Assembly: GCA_047947115.1 (NCBI GenBank)
Contig: CP170459.1
Location: 3,392,001-3,456,000 of the forward strand
Direction of reading: 5' to 3'
Source of the DNA: Verrucomicrobiota bacterium
GTDB lineage: Bacteria; Verrucomicrobiota; Verrucomicrobiia; Limisphaerales; AAA164-E04
DNA length: 64,000 nucleotides
The position numbers and the translations under genes are program-made. Under the pieces are notes generated by a model that worked only from the letters and a program-made list of their open reading frames with translations, was not told the DNA's origin and made no database searches. Of the stretch, positions 52,347 through 62,108 are shown piece after piece. The first letter of the stretch is position 1. Each line of letters begins with the position of its first letter.

Positions 52347-53249
52347 TTAGCCGGATGGACTGGATTTCCGAGCAATCAAGATCCCTGTGAGAATAATGAT
52401 GCCTCCAACCATTTGGTTAATACTCATGGATTCCTTCAGTAAAATCCAGGCTGCCATCGCCGCTACCAATGGTTGGAAGAGTAAACTGACAGCTGAAAAG
52501 GATGCCGGAAGGTGTGCGAATCCGTAGGCGATGAATCCTTGTCCCAGCACTTGTCCGGTGACCGCCAATGCCAGCAACACCCACCAACCTTTTGCTGTTT
52601 GCGGGATCATGGGTTCTCCCATGATCAGTGTGAACAGGCATAGGGCCACAGCACTGAAGATGGCGGTTCGCGCCATGAGAGGAGCGGTGGCAACGGATTG
52701 ACGGAGGTGTTTGAGGGAAATCATGTATCCCGCATAGAAAACGGCCGCCACGATGGCGATCAGGTCCCCATACAGATTGGATTTTGAAGTGCTCAGGCTG
52801 GCGCCAGTCAGGAGGACGGCGCCGGACATGGTCAAAAGCATGCCTCCCACAAAGCCTTTGCTGATATGTTCATTGAAAAGAAATCGAGCCGCAATGGTCA
52901 CGAAGATGGGAGCGGCATTCGCCAACAGGGTGGCATTGGCCACGGTGGTATGATGGATGGATTCATGCCAGAAAGCCATGTCCAGGGCAAACATCAATCC
53001 GGCCAGCGCAAACCATTTGAGAGCCGGCATGGGTTTGTTCAGGATTTGCTTTTTTTTGTCCTGCTTGATATCCCAGGTTTGCCAGATCCAGAGCAGCGGC
53101 AACGCCAACAGTAAACGGTGGAATGCTGTGGAAACAGGCCCCAGTTCGCTCAATCGCACCCAGATCGGGGCCAGCCCAATGCATCCAGCGCCTGCCAGAA
53201 CCGACAGGAATCCAAGGTGCTCAGGCTTGAGGCGTTGTTTGGTGTTCAT
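52347..53249 (-). CDS. DMT/EamA family transporter
   Basis: About 10 TM segments; TTVANATLLAN, LFNEHI, LLFQPLVAA, LKESM. Confidence 0.9.
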   Translation of the reverse strand: MNTKQRLKPEHLGFLSVLAGAGCIGLAPIWVRLSELGPVSTAFHRLLLALPLLWIWQTWDIKQDKKKQILNKPMPALKWFALAGLMFALDMAFWHESIHHTTVANATLLANAAPIFVTIAARFLFNEHISKGFVGGMLLTMSGAVLLTGASLSTSKSNLYGDLIAIVAAVFYAGYMISLKHLRQSVATAPLMARTAIFSAVALCLFTLIMGEPMIPQTAKGWWVLLALAVTGQVLGQGFIAYGFAHLPASFSAVSLLFQPLVAAMAAWILLKESMSINQMVGGIIILTGILIARKSSPSG

Positions 53250-53273
53250 TGATTCAGCATAACTCGCGGCGCA

Positions 53274-55034
53274 TCACTTGCGTTGTTGTCTTTTTTTGGA
53301 AAGCTCGTTCATCAATTCCTCGTAGGGCAGGGTGTTGATGATATCTTCGCGACGTAACCAGCCTTTGCGTGCGTGCTCAGCACCAAGTCGGAGGAAACTT
53401 GCATGATCAAGATGATGCGCATCGCAGTTGATAACGCATTTGACACCCTTGTCCCGAGCGGCCTTCCACCATCGCCAGTCCATGTCGAGTCGGTATGGAC
53501 TGGCATTCAGTTCGATCCATGTGCCTGTCCGGGCGCAGGCATCCATGACCGCCGTGTGATCGATGGGGTAGGCTTCTCGTTCCAGAAGCAGTCGGCCGGT
53601 GATGTGCCCCAGCATATGGACATAAGGGTTTTCGGCGGCCTTGATCAAACGATCGGTGAGTTGTTCTTTGGATTGGCTAAAGCCCTGATGAATGCTGGCG
53701 ACCACCACATCCAGCTTGGACAGCGTTTCATTGTCAAAATCGAGTTTACCATCACTCAGGATGTCAACCTCACTGCCGGTCAACAATCGGAAAGCGGTGT
53801 TTTCTTCGGACAAACGTTGGTTAATGGCCTGAACAGTTTTGATCTGCTTCTCCAGTCGGTCCGCCTTTAATCCATTCGCCTGGAAGGAAGATTTGGAATG
53901 ATCCGTGACCGCCCAGTAACTGAAGCCGAGTTCAAGGCAATCCTCAACGATTTGATCAAGAGATTGCCTGCCATCACTCCAGTCGGAGTGGTTGTGGAGG
54001 GAACCTTTCATTTCAATCCAGTCAACCAGACGTGGAACCTGATTGGAGGATGCGGCATCGAACTCTCCTTGATCCTCGCGGATTTCGGGCGGGATGTATG
54101 TCAGGTCCAGGTGCCTGAAGATGTCTTCTTCGCTCTGGCATTCCAGGCACAGTTCCGGATCTTTGGTTTCCTCTTTTGATCGAAACAGGCCATATTCATT
54201 CAATCGCAAACCTCGTTCTATCGCGCGGCGACGCATGATGATGTTGTGCTCTTTGCTACCGGTGAAATAAGCCAGAGCAAACGGAAAGGAACGATCCTCC
54301 ACCACTCGCAGGTCAGCCTGCAATCCGCCATTGAGAATGACCGATGCCTTGGTGTCTCCATTGGCCAGGATGTGGGTGACATAAGGGAGAGAAGTGAAGA
54401 AACTGATGACCTGATTGGGTGACCTGGACGAGACCAGGAAATCAATGTCATGCAGGATCTCCTTTCGGCGACGCAAACTACCCGCTTCACTGCAACGAAT
54501 GACATCGGGATGTTCGCGCAAGATATCCAAAATCGGTTGAGCTGTTGCAAGGCAGATATCGAGGCGGAAGTGGGAAGCGTATTTTTGCCGAAACTCGATG
54601 CCTTCAAGTATCTTGGTCTGAGTCTTTGCTCCAAATCCTTTGATGCCTGAAATCCGGTCGTTCTTGCAGGCTTCTTCCAATGCCTCCAGCGTTTCGATTT
54701 CAAGCGTATCGTGCAGTAGTTTGACCTTCTTGGGGCCCAGACCGGGGATGTCGAGCATCTCTATCAGGCCGGGCGGGATGGATTTTCTCAGGTCTTCGTA
54801 GTATTTCAATCGGCCGGTGGTGACCAGTTCCGTGACCTTTTGCTGGAGAGCGTCTCCGAATCCCTTGAGTTCCCCCAGACGCTCCTCATCCACCAGCTGT
54901 GCGATGGGGGTGGCCAGTGTTTCGATGGTGCGGGCGCCATTGACGTATGCCCTGGTTTTGAAGGGGTTTTCTCCCTTTAACTCCAGGAATACGGCAATTT
55001 CCTCAAGGATATCCACGACGTCGGCGTTGTCCAT
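53274..55034 (-). CDS. polX: DNA polymerase X / PHP 3'-5' exonuclease
   Basis: GENPFK, HhH IPGLGPKK, AGSLRR, DID + DLR, FTGSKEHN. PHP motifs HNHSDWSDG, TDHS, DAH. Confidence 0.95.
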   Translation of the reverse strand: MDNADVVDILEEIAVFLELKGENPFKTRAYVNGARTIETLATPIAQLVDEERLGELKGFGDALQQKVTELVTTGRLKYYEDLRKSIPPGLIEMLDIPGLGPKKVKLLHDTLEIETLEALEEACKNDRISGIKGFGAKTQTKILEGIEFRQKYASHFRLDICLATAQPILDILREHPDVIRCSEAGSLRRRKEILHDIDFLVSSRSPNQVISFFTSLPYVTHILANGDTKASVILNGGLQADLRVVEDRSFPFALAYFTGSKEHNIIMRRRAIERGLRLNEYGLFRSKEETKDPELCLECQSEEDIFRHLDLTYIPPEIREDQGEFDAASSNQVPRLVDWIEMKGSLHNHSDWSDGRQSLDQIVEDCLELGFSYWAVTDHSKSSFQANGLKADRLEKQIKTVQAINQRLSEENTAFRLLTGSEVDILSDGKLDFDNETLSKLDVVVASIHQGFSQSKEQLTDRLIKAAENPYVHMLGHITGRLLLEREAYPIDHTAVMDACARTGTWIELNASPYRLDMDWRWWKAARDKGVKCVINCDAHHLDHASFLRLGAEHARKGWLRREDIINTLPYEELMNELSKKRQQRK

Positions 55035-55119
55035 GCCACGACTATGCTCAGGCTGCGCCAAACTGCAAGTGACAAAGAGAAAACTGGACCTGACAGGCTG
55101 CTCAGGTCATATTCAGCGC

Positions 55120-55818
55120 ATGAAACATTTCCCGGTTACGATGACGAATGGCTTGTTGCGGTTGATGATGATTGCCTTGTTGTGGATCACTGGTTTTCAA
55201 GTTCAATGTGAAGATGAGAAGGAGCCGGTCGCCCCAGATTTGGAAGCCAAGGATTGGAAACCGCTCTTCGACGGTAAAACGATGGAAGGGTGGAAAGAGA
55301 CCAACTTTGCCGGCAAAGGCGAAGCCCGTGTCAAAGATGGTGCCATCGAAATCGACATGGGACTGGCCCTGAGCGGCGTGAACTACACCAATCAGCCGCC
55401 CAAGATCAATTATGAGATTACCTTGGAAGCCATGAAGCGGGATGGGGGGGATTTTTTCTGCGGATTGACCGTTCCTTATAAGGATGAGCATTTCACTTTT
55501 GTTTGCGGGGGATGGGGCGGGGGCGTGATCGGGGTTTCCAGCATCAATGGCATGGACGCCTCAGAAAACGAAACCACCGAATATAAGAAATTCGAAAAGA
55601 ACCAATGGTACCGCATCACCGTGCGAGTTCTGGATGATCGTATTCAGGCCTGGATTGATGGTAAATTGTTCGTTGATGTGAGCACCGTGGATGTCTCTAT
55701 CAGTATGCGTATCGGAGAGATCGAAGAGTCCATTCCTCTTGGTGTCGCCACTTATATGACATCGGCCGCTATTCGTGACATTCGCTTGCGGAAATTACCT
55801 GAGAAAACCAAGGAATAG
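55120..55818 (+). CDS. DUF1080 family secreted protein
   Basis: WKPLFDGKTMEGW, DFFCGLT, GGWGG, IRDIRLRKL. Likely start 55120 or slightly later. Confidence 0.85.
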   Translation: MKHFPVTMTNGLLRLMMIALLWITGFQVQCEDEKEPVAPDLEAKDWKPLFDGKTMEGWKETNFAGKGEARVKDGAIEIDMGLALSGVNYTNQPPKINYEITLEAMKRDGGDFFCGLTVPYKDEHFTFVCGGWGGGVIGVSSINGMDASENETTEYKKFEKNQWYRITVRVLDDRIQAWIDGKLFVDVSTVDVSISMRIGEIEESIPLGVATYMTSAAIRDIRLRKLPEKTKE

Positions 55819-55837
55819 GTTCATTCAAAGGAGTAAC

Positions 55838-57241
55838 ATGAAAGCAGTTGCCAAGAGAGCTTGGTTGGTGTTTGGGCTGGCGCTCCATGGTTGCCTGGTG
55901 AGCGAAACAAATGCCGATCCCCTACGTATCGGTGCCGCACAGGTCAGCATCACTCCGCCCATCGGTATCCCCATGGCGGGTTATTATCATGAGCGCGGAG
56001 CATCCTCTATTCACGATCAACTGTATGCGCGGACGATTGTCCTGGAAAAAGACGGGCTCAAAGCCGCCATCGTCAGTCTGGATGTCATTACGACCAGACG
56101 ATCCTTCGTGCAGGATGCGCGTCGTTTGATTGAAGCTTCAACCGATATCCCCGGAGATCATGTCATGATCAGCGCTACTCACGCGCATACCGGCCCGGTG
56201 TTGGCCAGTGAATCGACTCTCGACGAAGCGAGAGGAGGAAAGGATGAGCTGGTGCTTCAATACTCCAGAACCTTGGCAGCTTTCATAGCTGATTCCGTGG
56301 TCAAAGCCAACGCACAGCTTCAGGAAGCCCAGGCTCAGGGTGCGATTGGATTAGAAGACAGCATTGCGTTCAATCGACGATTCCATATGAAAGACGGTAC
56401 GGTTGGATGGAACCCCGGCAAACAGAATGCCGACATTATCAAGGCAGCCGGCCCCATTGATCCAGAAGTGCCGTTTGTGTTTTTTTCCAACACCGAAGGA
56501 GCGGCCTTGGCAACTTATGTTAACTACGCTGTGCATCTCGATAACGTAGGAGGATTGGAAATCTCCGCGGACTTGCCTTTTGCACTGAGCGAAACCTTGC
56601 AGCGTTATCACGGCGAAGAGATGGTGACGGTTTATACCACCGGCGCTTGCGGCGACGTGAATCATGTTAATGTGGCTTGGGGCGCTCCGCAAAAGGGGCA
56701 TGACAACGCCACACGTATGGGAGTGATTCTGGCGGGAGAAGTGTTATCGCAGTGGCCGGTCTTGAAAGCCGTGGATGGTGCGCTAAAAGTACGCAGTGAA
56801 ATCGTAGAACTTTCATTGCCTGACGTAACGTCGGAAGATATCGATTCCTCCAAAGATGTGATCCAAACCGCGGACGATCGGACACGCGCCAGCTTTATGA
56901 AATTGGTGCAAGCGCATAAAGTCTTGGATGTGGCTGCCCGTAACGGCAAGCCTTGGGAAGTGGAAGTGCAGGTCATCACATTGGGAGATCAATTAGCCTG
57001 GGTGGCTTTGCCTGGAGAGATATTTGTCCAACTTGGCCTGGATCTGAAGCTCGATTCACCCTACCCGCAAACCATGATTGCCGAACTGGCCAACGGATCG
57101 ATCGGATACATCCCCAATATGCGCGCCTATCCCCAGGGCAACTACGAAGTCGTGAGTGCCCGATGTGCTGCCGGTTCCGGTGAAAAACTCATCGCAACAG
57201 CAATCCGATTGCTGAAAGACAGCCATCGCAAAAGTCCGTGA
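55838..57241 (+). CDS. Neutral/alkaline ceramidase N-terminal-domain family hydrolase, secreted
   Basis: GAAQVSITPP...MAGY, HDQLYAR, SATHAHTGP, NYAVH, GACGDVN, PGEIF, GYIP. Confidence 0.85.
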   Translation: MKAVAKRAWLVFGLALHGCLVSETNADPLRIGAAQVSITPPIGIPMAGYYHERGASSIHDQLYARTIVLEKDGLKAAIVSLDVITTRRSFVQDARRLIEASTDIPGDHVMISATHAHTGPVLASESTLDEARGGKDELVLQYSRTLAAFIADSVVKANAQLQEAQAQGAIGLEDSIAFNRRFHMKDGTVGWNPGKQNADIIKAAGPIDPEVPFVFFSNTEGAALATYVNYAVHLDNVGGLEISADLPFALSETLQRYHGEEMVTVYTTGACGDVNHVNVAWGAPQKGHDNATRMGVILAGEVLSQWPVLKAVDGALKVRSEIVELSLPDVTSEDIDSSKDVIQTADDRTRASFMKLVQAHKVLDVAARNGKPWEVEVQVITLGDQLAWVALPGEIFVQLGLDLKLDSPYPQTMIAELANGSIGYIPNMRAYPQGNYEVVSARCAAGSGEKLIATAIRLLKDSHRKSP

Positions 57242-57417
57242 GCATTCCCAAGAGACATATTCTTCACGGAGGCAAAAGATCCGACACCCCATGGGCTTTC
57301 TGGAGTGCTGTGACGACCCACAGCACTCAAAAGTGCTCTCCGTGTGTTAGGGAATGTTTTTCTTTATCCGCGTACAATCAGGCGATGTATAATCTACTGA
57401 ATTAATATTTTCTCCGC

Positions 57418-58785
57418 ATGCTACTCTCCGCAGTCATTGGATATGCCCTCGTTATTCTTCTGATTTCCTTTTTTGCCCAGAGAAGGATTCATAACGAAGA
57501 GGATTTTATTGTGGCAGGTCGACGAATGTCGGTCTGGATGAACACCGGCACCCTTTTGGCGACTTGGTTTGGGGCCGGGACACTGTTGACCTCGACGGAT
57601 GAAATCGCCTTGGAAGGAGTGCGGATCGTTGCGTTGGAACCGGTCGGGGCCGGGCTGTGCCTGGTGGTGACCGGGTTGTTTTTTGCACGCCCGCTTTGGG
57701 AAATGAAGATTTGCACACTGGCCGATTTTTTCAAAGCACGCTTCGGAACCAAAGCCGAAGTGTTGCAAGTGTTGACCTCTGTTCCAACATTCATTGGCTG
57801 GATTGCTGTTCAATTGGTGGCCTTGTCAGGTGTGTTCAATGTGTTGTTTGACTGGCCCGTGACTCAAACAATCATAGGGCTCGGTCTGTTTGCCATGGTT
57901 TACACCATAGTGGGGGGGATGTGGTCCGTGAGCCTGACTGATGCTCTGCAAGCAGTGGTGATGATCGCCGGGTTAGCGCTGCTTGGATGGTATGTTCTGG
58001 AGGATCTTTCCAGTGCCGGCGGATTGCAAGCCATGTGGGCTCAAAGTGAAGCACCTCGAAAGATCTGGATTCCGACCGACCGCGCCCAGGAATTCATGGA
58101 ATGGTTTGGTTGGTTGACGATTGCCATGTTGGGCAATCTGCCGAGTCAGGACCTGATGCAGCGTGTCTTTGCCGCACGGTCAGCCAAAGTGGCCCAAACG
58201 GCCTGCCTTCTTGCCGGATGTCTGTATATTGTGCTTGGAGCCATTCCTGTTCTTGCCGGTATGGCCTTTCCGGCTTTGTTTCCCGACAAAGACCCCCAGG
58301 CGGTCGTTATTCAGATGGCGCAACATTATTTCACTGATGGCATGATGGTCTTGTTCCTGTTGGCCGTCTTGTCGATGGTTCTCTCATCCATGGACAGCGG
58401 TATTTTGGCTCCAGCCACCATTCTCGGACGAAACGTCTTCCGTAAATGGACGCCCGATTCCGTCAGTTCTCTGACACTTTGCAGGCTGTCGGTTGTTCTG
58501 GTGTCCGTGGCATGTGTGGCGGTGGCCTTGATGGGGTCGCGTGCGTTTGAACTCTTGGAAAGCTGTTACTCTATCGGATTGGCCGGACTGCTGATCCCCC
58601 TGGTCATGGGGCTCTTCTGGAAAGCTGGGAATCAAACGTCGGCCTTGTTGGCCATGATTGTTGGCATCACGGCATGGATCATTGAATGGGTCTTTGGGAT
58701 TGAATGGCCGTTGGCACCCCTGGGTGCCATCGCCGGGTTGATGGTTTACATCATTCACGCCAAAGTCTGCCTCAAATTACCTTAA
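57418..58785 (+). CDS. Sodium:solute symporter (SSS) family protein
   Basis: DFIVAGR, ATWFGAG, YTIVGGMWSVSLTD, QDLMQRVFAARS, SSMDSG; about 13 TM segments. Confidence 0.92.
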   Translation: MLLSAVIGYALVILLISFFAQRRIHNEEDFIVAGRRMSVWMNTGTLLATWFGAGTLLTSTDEIALEGVRIVALEPVGAGLCLVVTGLFFARPLWEMKICTLADFFKARFGTKAEVLQVLTSVPTFIGWIAVQLVALSGVFNVLFDWPVTQTIIGLGLFAMVYTIVGGMWSVSLTDALQAVVMIAGLALLGWYVLEDLSSAGGLQAMWAQSEAPRKIWIPTDRAQEFMEWFGWLTIAMLGNLPSQDLMQRVFAARSAKVAQTACLLAGCLYIVLGAIPVLAGMAFPALFPDKDPQAVVIQMAQHYFTDGMMVLFLLAVLSMVLSSMDSGILAPATILGRNVFRKWTPDSVSSLTLCRLSVVLVSVACVAVALMGSRAFELLESCYSIGLAGLLIPLVMGLFWKAGNQTSALLAMIVGITAWIIEWVFGIEWPLAPLGAIAGLMVYIIHAKVCLKLP

Positions 58786-59115
58786 ATCTGACGTCTGCGA
58801 CCTTGCTCTGTTTACGGCTTTTCGAACCAAATATAAGAATGGTCTCCTTCAGTATGCAATCCAAGGTCTTATACTGCTTACATTTTTGGGAAGACGTCAT
58901 GGCGCTTTGAAATCGCAATTTCAAACGCAAATGGCAGTGTTCGTGTTCACATGTTATAACATTTGCCAAAAGTAATTTCAGAAATAACACTGCGTCACTG
59001 CGTCTCTAGCGCAGCGGGCGTGAGAATAAGAAGCATCAGCGAGCCCTTATGCGCAAATACTTTTGGCAATCAGTATGGATTCCCAAATGCGCCAAGAAAC
59101 GCAAGGTGCGCAAAG

Positions 59116-59817
59116 TTACTTTTTGGTTATTAGTTCATATGTTTGAGCGAACACTTCAGGTGGGGTCATGGCTTGCGGTTTTGGTTCGGTAGTGTCCGCT
59201 GGGGGTTTTTCAATGGCGATGGCTTTTACGGCCTCCAGCTTGAGTGTGTCCGACCAGTCGGTGCGGATGGAAGGGTTGTAAATGTAAACAGGTGGATGGT
59301 CTGATGTCAGGAGGGGGCTGATAGTGTCCGTTTGTTCAGGGAATCCAACCCAGGATACGAATGCCAGAGCGTTCGGGTGGTCTGACAGGATTGTGACAAA
59401 GTCTTCCGCATCCATGCGGCCTGCATTCATGTCGGCTGCGCTGATATCCATTGCGACTTCCTTGAGTTGGATGGTGCGGAATCGGGCCATGACGCGGGCA
59501 TAGCCTTCGTAGAAAGAGTCCAATGCCGCGGTGGGGGCTTCTTTGTTTGGTGGAAAGATCAGAATGATTTCTCCGGTCCGGGCGGATTTGTCGGATAGGT
59601 ACTGATGCGCCAGGGTGTATGCAACGGCTGCCTGACCACGATGGGTGCGCTGGATTCCGGACGTTCCAAGCGTGTCAATGGAACGCCAGACTGTCAGAAC
59701 GATGCATCCGGCCACGCTCAATCCCATACATACCTGACCTATCTTTTGAGACTTGCCGCGAATACCGTAGCCGATGGCGCCTAAAACCAGGCTGAGGATA
59801 AGGAATGGTGAGTACAC
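59116..59817 (-). CDS. Hypothetical membrane protein (two N-terminal TM segments, alpha/beta soluble domain)
   Basis: ORF abuts the stop of the upstream prepilin-type gene; hydrophobic N-terminus. Confidence 0.7.
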   Translation of the reverse strand: MYSPFLILSLVLGAIGYGIRGKSQKIGQVCMGLSVAGCIVLTVWRSIDTLGTSGIQRTHRGQAAVAYTLAHQYLSDKSARTGEIILIFPPNKEAPTAALDSFYEGYARVMARFRTIQLKEVAMDISAADMNAGRMDAEDFVTILSDHPNALAFVSWVGFPEQTDTISPLLTSDHPPVYIYNPSIRTDWSDTLKLEAVKAIAIEKPPADTTEPKPQAMTPPEVFAQTYELITKK

Positions 59818-60522
59818 TTAACGTTCCGGGGTGGTTTGGGGTTCTTCCCGTTCAAGTGTGAACATTTCGCGGGGGGCTTCGTCGATGAGTTCGATGTGGC
59901 CATCCAGAAAAGAGGCGTTTGCTTTGCCAAAGACCACCTCACGTGATGCACGAGCGGTCAGTCGGGCGGTGCCGGAACTCCATTCGGATCCTCCGCTGTG
60001 TCGGTAGAGCACGTTGGCGGTTCCGTCTTCATCGGCGTAGAGGCATGCGTCCCAACCATCGGTGTCCGCATAGAGAACCGTTCCGACCGGGTCCTGAACA
60101 TTGCGCATGCCGATGTCTGCTCGTCCCAGATTGACGCGGCTGTTTTGGGCGTAGGCCAGAAATCCCCAGAATCCACCCGGGCGCATGGCCCCATTTTCAT
60201 CTTTCTGCAAACTGGATGGGCAAACAAAGACGCCTTGACCGGAGACGTTCGTGCCGCGCCCAACGTAGGTTTGGAGTTGGCGATACCAGATGTTGTGGGG
60301 CGGATTCCATCCGATGGGGAGGCGTTCCGTATCTTCGTCGTACATGATGGCGGCAAGGATCAGTTGACGGAGGTTGCTGTTGCAGACGATGGTTTTTCCT
60401 TTGTCTTTGGCTTTGCCGAGGGCAGGTAACAACATGCCCGCCAAGATGGCGATGATGGCCACGACGACGAGGAGTTCTATGAGTGTGAACGCGCCTGTTT
60501 TTACTTGTTTGTTCATAACCAT
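59818..60522 (-). CDS. Prepilin-type N-terminal cleavage/methylation protein with H-X9-DG-like motif
   Basis: [36 protein letters not shown]...ANASFLDGHI. Confidence 0.9.
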   Translation of the reverse strand: MVMNKQVKTGAFTLIELLVVVAIIAILAGMLLPALGKAKDKGKTIVCNSNLRQLILAAIMYDEDTERLPIGWNPPHNIWYRQLQTYVGRGTNVSGQGVFVCPSSLQKDENGAMRPGGFWGFLAYAQNSRVNLGRADIGMRNVQDPVGTVLYADTDGWDACLYADEDGTANVLYRHSGGSEWSSGTARLTARASREVVFGKANASFLDGHIELIDEAPREMFTLEREEPQTTPER

Positions 60523-60573
60523 GTTTCCGGTTTGTCTGGGGTTGATGTGATCGTGGGAAAATCTTGAATCAAT

Positions 60574-61137
60574 TCAGGCCTGATCTTGATTGTTCAGGTG
60601 ATGTTCTATGCTTTTCAGTGAGTCCCGGATCTCTCTCAGCAACTGGATTTGATCTTCATCCTTTTGAGTTGTGTTCGTCGGTTTGAGTTTCTTTCCGGGT
60701 TCCGAAGCCGCATCTCTCTGGGCCAGGACCGTTTCACGGAATTCGATGGCGTTCTTGATGCCGGTCAATGAAACCAACGCACCGGGGCCTGATTGTCCTG
60801 CGGTTTCAACCGTGAGGCAGTGGAGATCGTAATGCCTCATGATCGGACCTTGAACCATTCCCATGTCAGTGATTTTTTCCAGAGGGATGGTTTTTTCAAT
60901 ACGAACAAAGATGCCTTTCTTCACTTTGAGCGCCTTGGGAGTCAGGATGCATTCCATGCTGGCAAGGTAGCGGCGCGTGAGGAGTTGCCCCAAGGGTATC
61001 CAAAGCAACAGCAGGGGAATGCCGATGATGCTGACCGAAAAGGCAATGGTTCCCGAAAGCAGCCAGTAGGAGCAGACTTTTGTGTTGAATTCAGCCTTTC
61101 GAATGATGCCGGAGGCTTTGTCTGATTGAGTTGTCAT
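60574..61137 (-). CDS. Bacterial PH (bPH_2) domain membrane protein
   Basis: KKGIFVRIEKTIPLEKITD...QGPIMR...LTVETAG. The start at 61137 avoids overlap with the divergent gene. Confidence 0.85.
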   Translation of the reverse strand: MTTQSDKASGIIRKAEFNTKVCSYWLLSGTIAFSVSIIGIPLLLLWIPLGQLLTRRYLASMECILTPKALKVKKGIFVRIEKTIPLEKITDMGMVQGPIMRHYDLHCLTVETAGQSGPGALVSLTGIKNAIEFRETVLAQRDAASEPGKKLKPTNTTQKDEDQIQLLREIRDSLKSIEHHLNNQDQA

Positions 61138-61226
61138 GGCGACTGATTGTTCCAGACGGGATTCCGTCTGTGACTGATAAGTTCTTAGCTTGTGATTCCG
61201 GAATGGACAAGTGATAAAAGGGGGAG

Positions 61227-62108
61227 ATGATTCCGGAAGCGTTTCATACATTTTATCAAAATCAGCATGCCGGCCGATGGACTGGTCTTTGTGATGCGTT
61301 GATGCAGCCGTCCGTGCGGTGCGCGCGTTGGAATGCTTTTGCGGGTCAACTTCCTGGGGAGAGATCGAATGATTCAACTCTGATGGATGGCCTGCCTGGT
61401 TGCCATCGTTTGGACGAAGAAGCATCTTATGAGGAACGTCAGGAAGGTCTTCAGTGTTATTACCGCATGGATCCGGCGTCGTTGTTACCCGCGCAGGCCC
61501 TGGAAGTTCAATCAGGGGATCGAGTGTTGGATATGTGTGCTGCTCCTGGGGGTAAGAGCTTGATTCTGGCAGAGGCATTGTCAGAACAAGGTCACCTGAC
61601 AGCGAACGAATGGAGTCGCGCCCGCAAGGAGAAACTGCGTTCGGTATTGAATGCCTATTTGCCGGATGAAATGATGTCGCGCATTCGAATCAGCGGGCAC
61701 GATGCTTCCAAATGGGGGCTTTACGAGCCGGATACCTATGATCGAATTTTGCTGGATGCACCTTGTTCGTCGGAACGTCATGTTCTCCATCAACCAGCCG
61801 AACTTGAAAAGTGGAAACCCAGTCGGTCCAAGCTGCTCGCACAGCGTCAATATGCTCTGCTGTGTTCTGCGTTGCTCGCATGCAAACCAGGTGGCCGCGT
61901 TGTCTATTCAACCTGCAGTGTTTCCTCTCTGGAGAATGATGAAAACATCCGGAAACTGATCAAGAAAAAGGGTGACACTTTTCAGTGCCTGACAGATTTC
62001 GCGCGAGCCATAGGGGAAAAGACAGAATTCGGTTGGCAAATTCTTCCGGATAAATATCCAGGCTGGGGCCCCATGTATTGGGTCGCGTTGGAAAAACGCA
62101 ATGCTTAG
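61227..62108 (+). CDS. RsmB/NOP (NOL1/NOP2/Sun) family RNA cytosine-C5 methyltransferase, short form
   Basis: VLDMCAAPGGKS, ILLDAPCS, VVYSTCS (both catalytic Cys), ENDE. Confidence 0.92.
   Translation: MIPEAFHTFYQNQHAGRWTGLCDALMQPSVRCARWNAFAGQLPGERSNDSTLMDGLPGCHRLDEEASYEERQEGLQCYYRMDPASLLPAQALEVQSGDRVLDMCAAPGGKSLILAEALSEQGHLTANEWSRARKEKLRSVLNAYLPDEMMSRIRISGHDASKWGLYEPDTYDRILLDAPCSSERHVLHQPAELEKWKPSRSKLLAQRQYALLCSALLACKPGGRVVYSTCSVSSLENDENIRKLIKKKGDTFQCLTDFARAIGEKTEFGWQILPDKYPGWGPMYWVALEKRNA

Noticed and set aside
61138..61578. Long N-terminal extension of the PH-domain ORF (similar extensions at 6229-6336, 54817-55119, 47038-47148)
   Set aside because: They overlap divergent genes or precede the evident domain start; downstream ATGs fit better.
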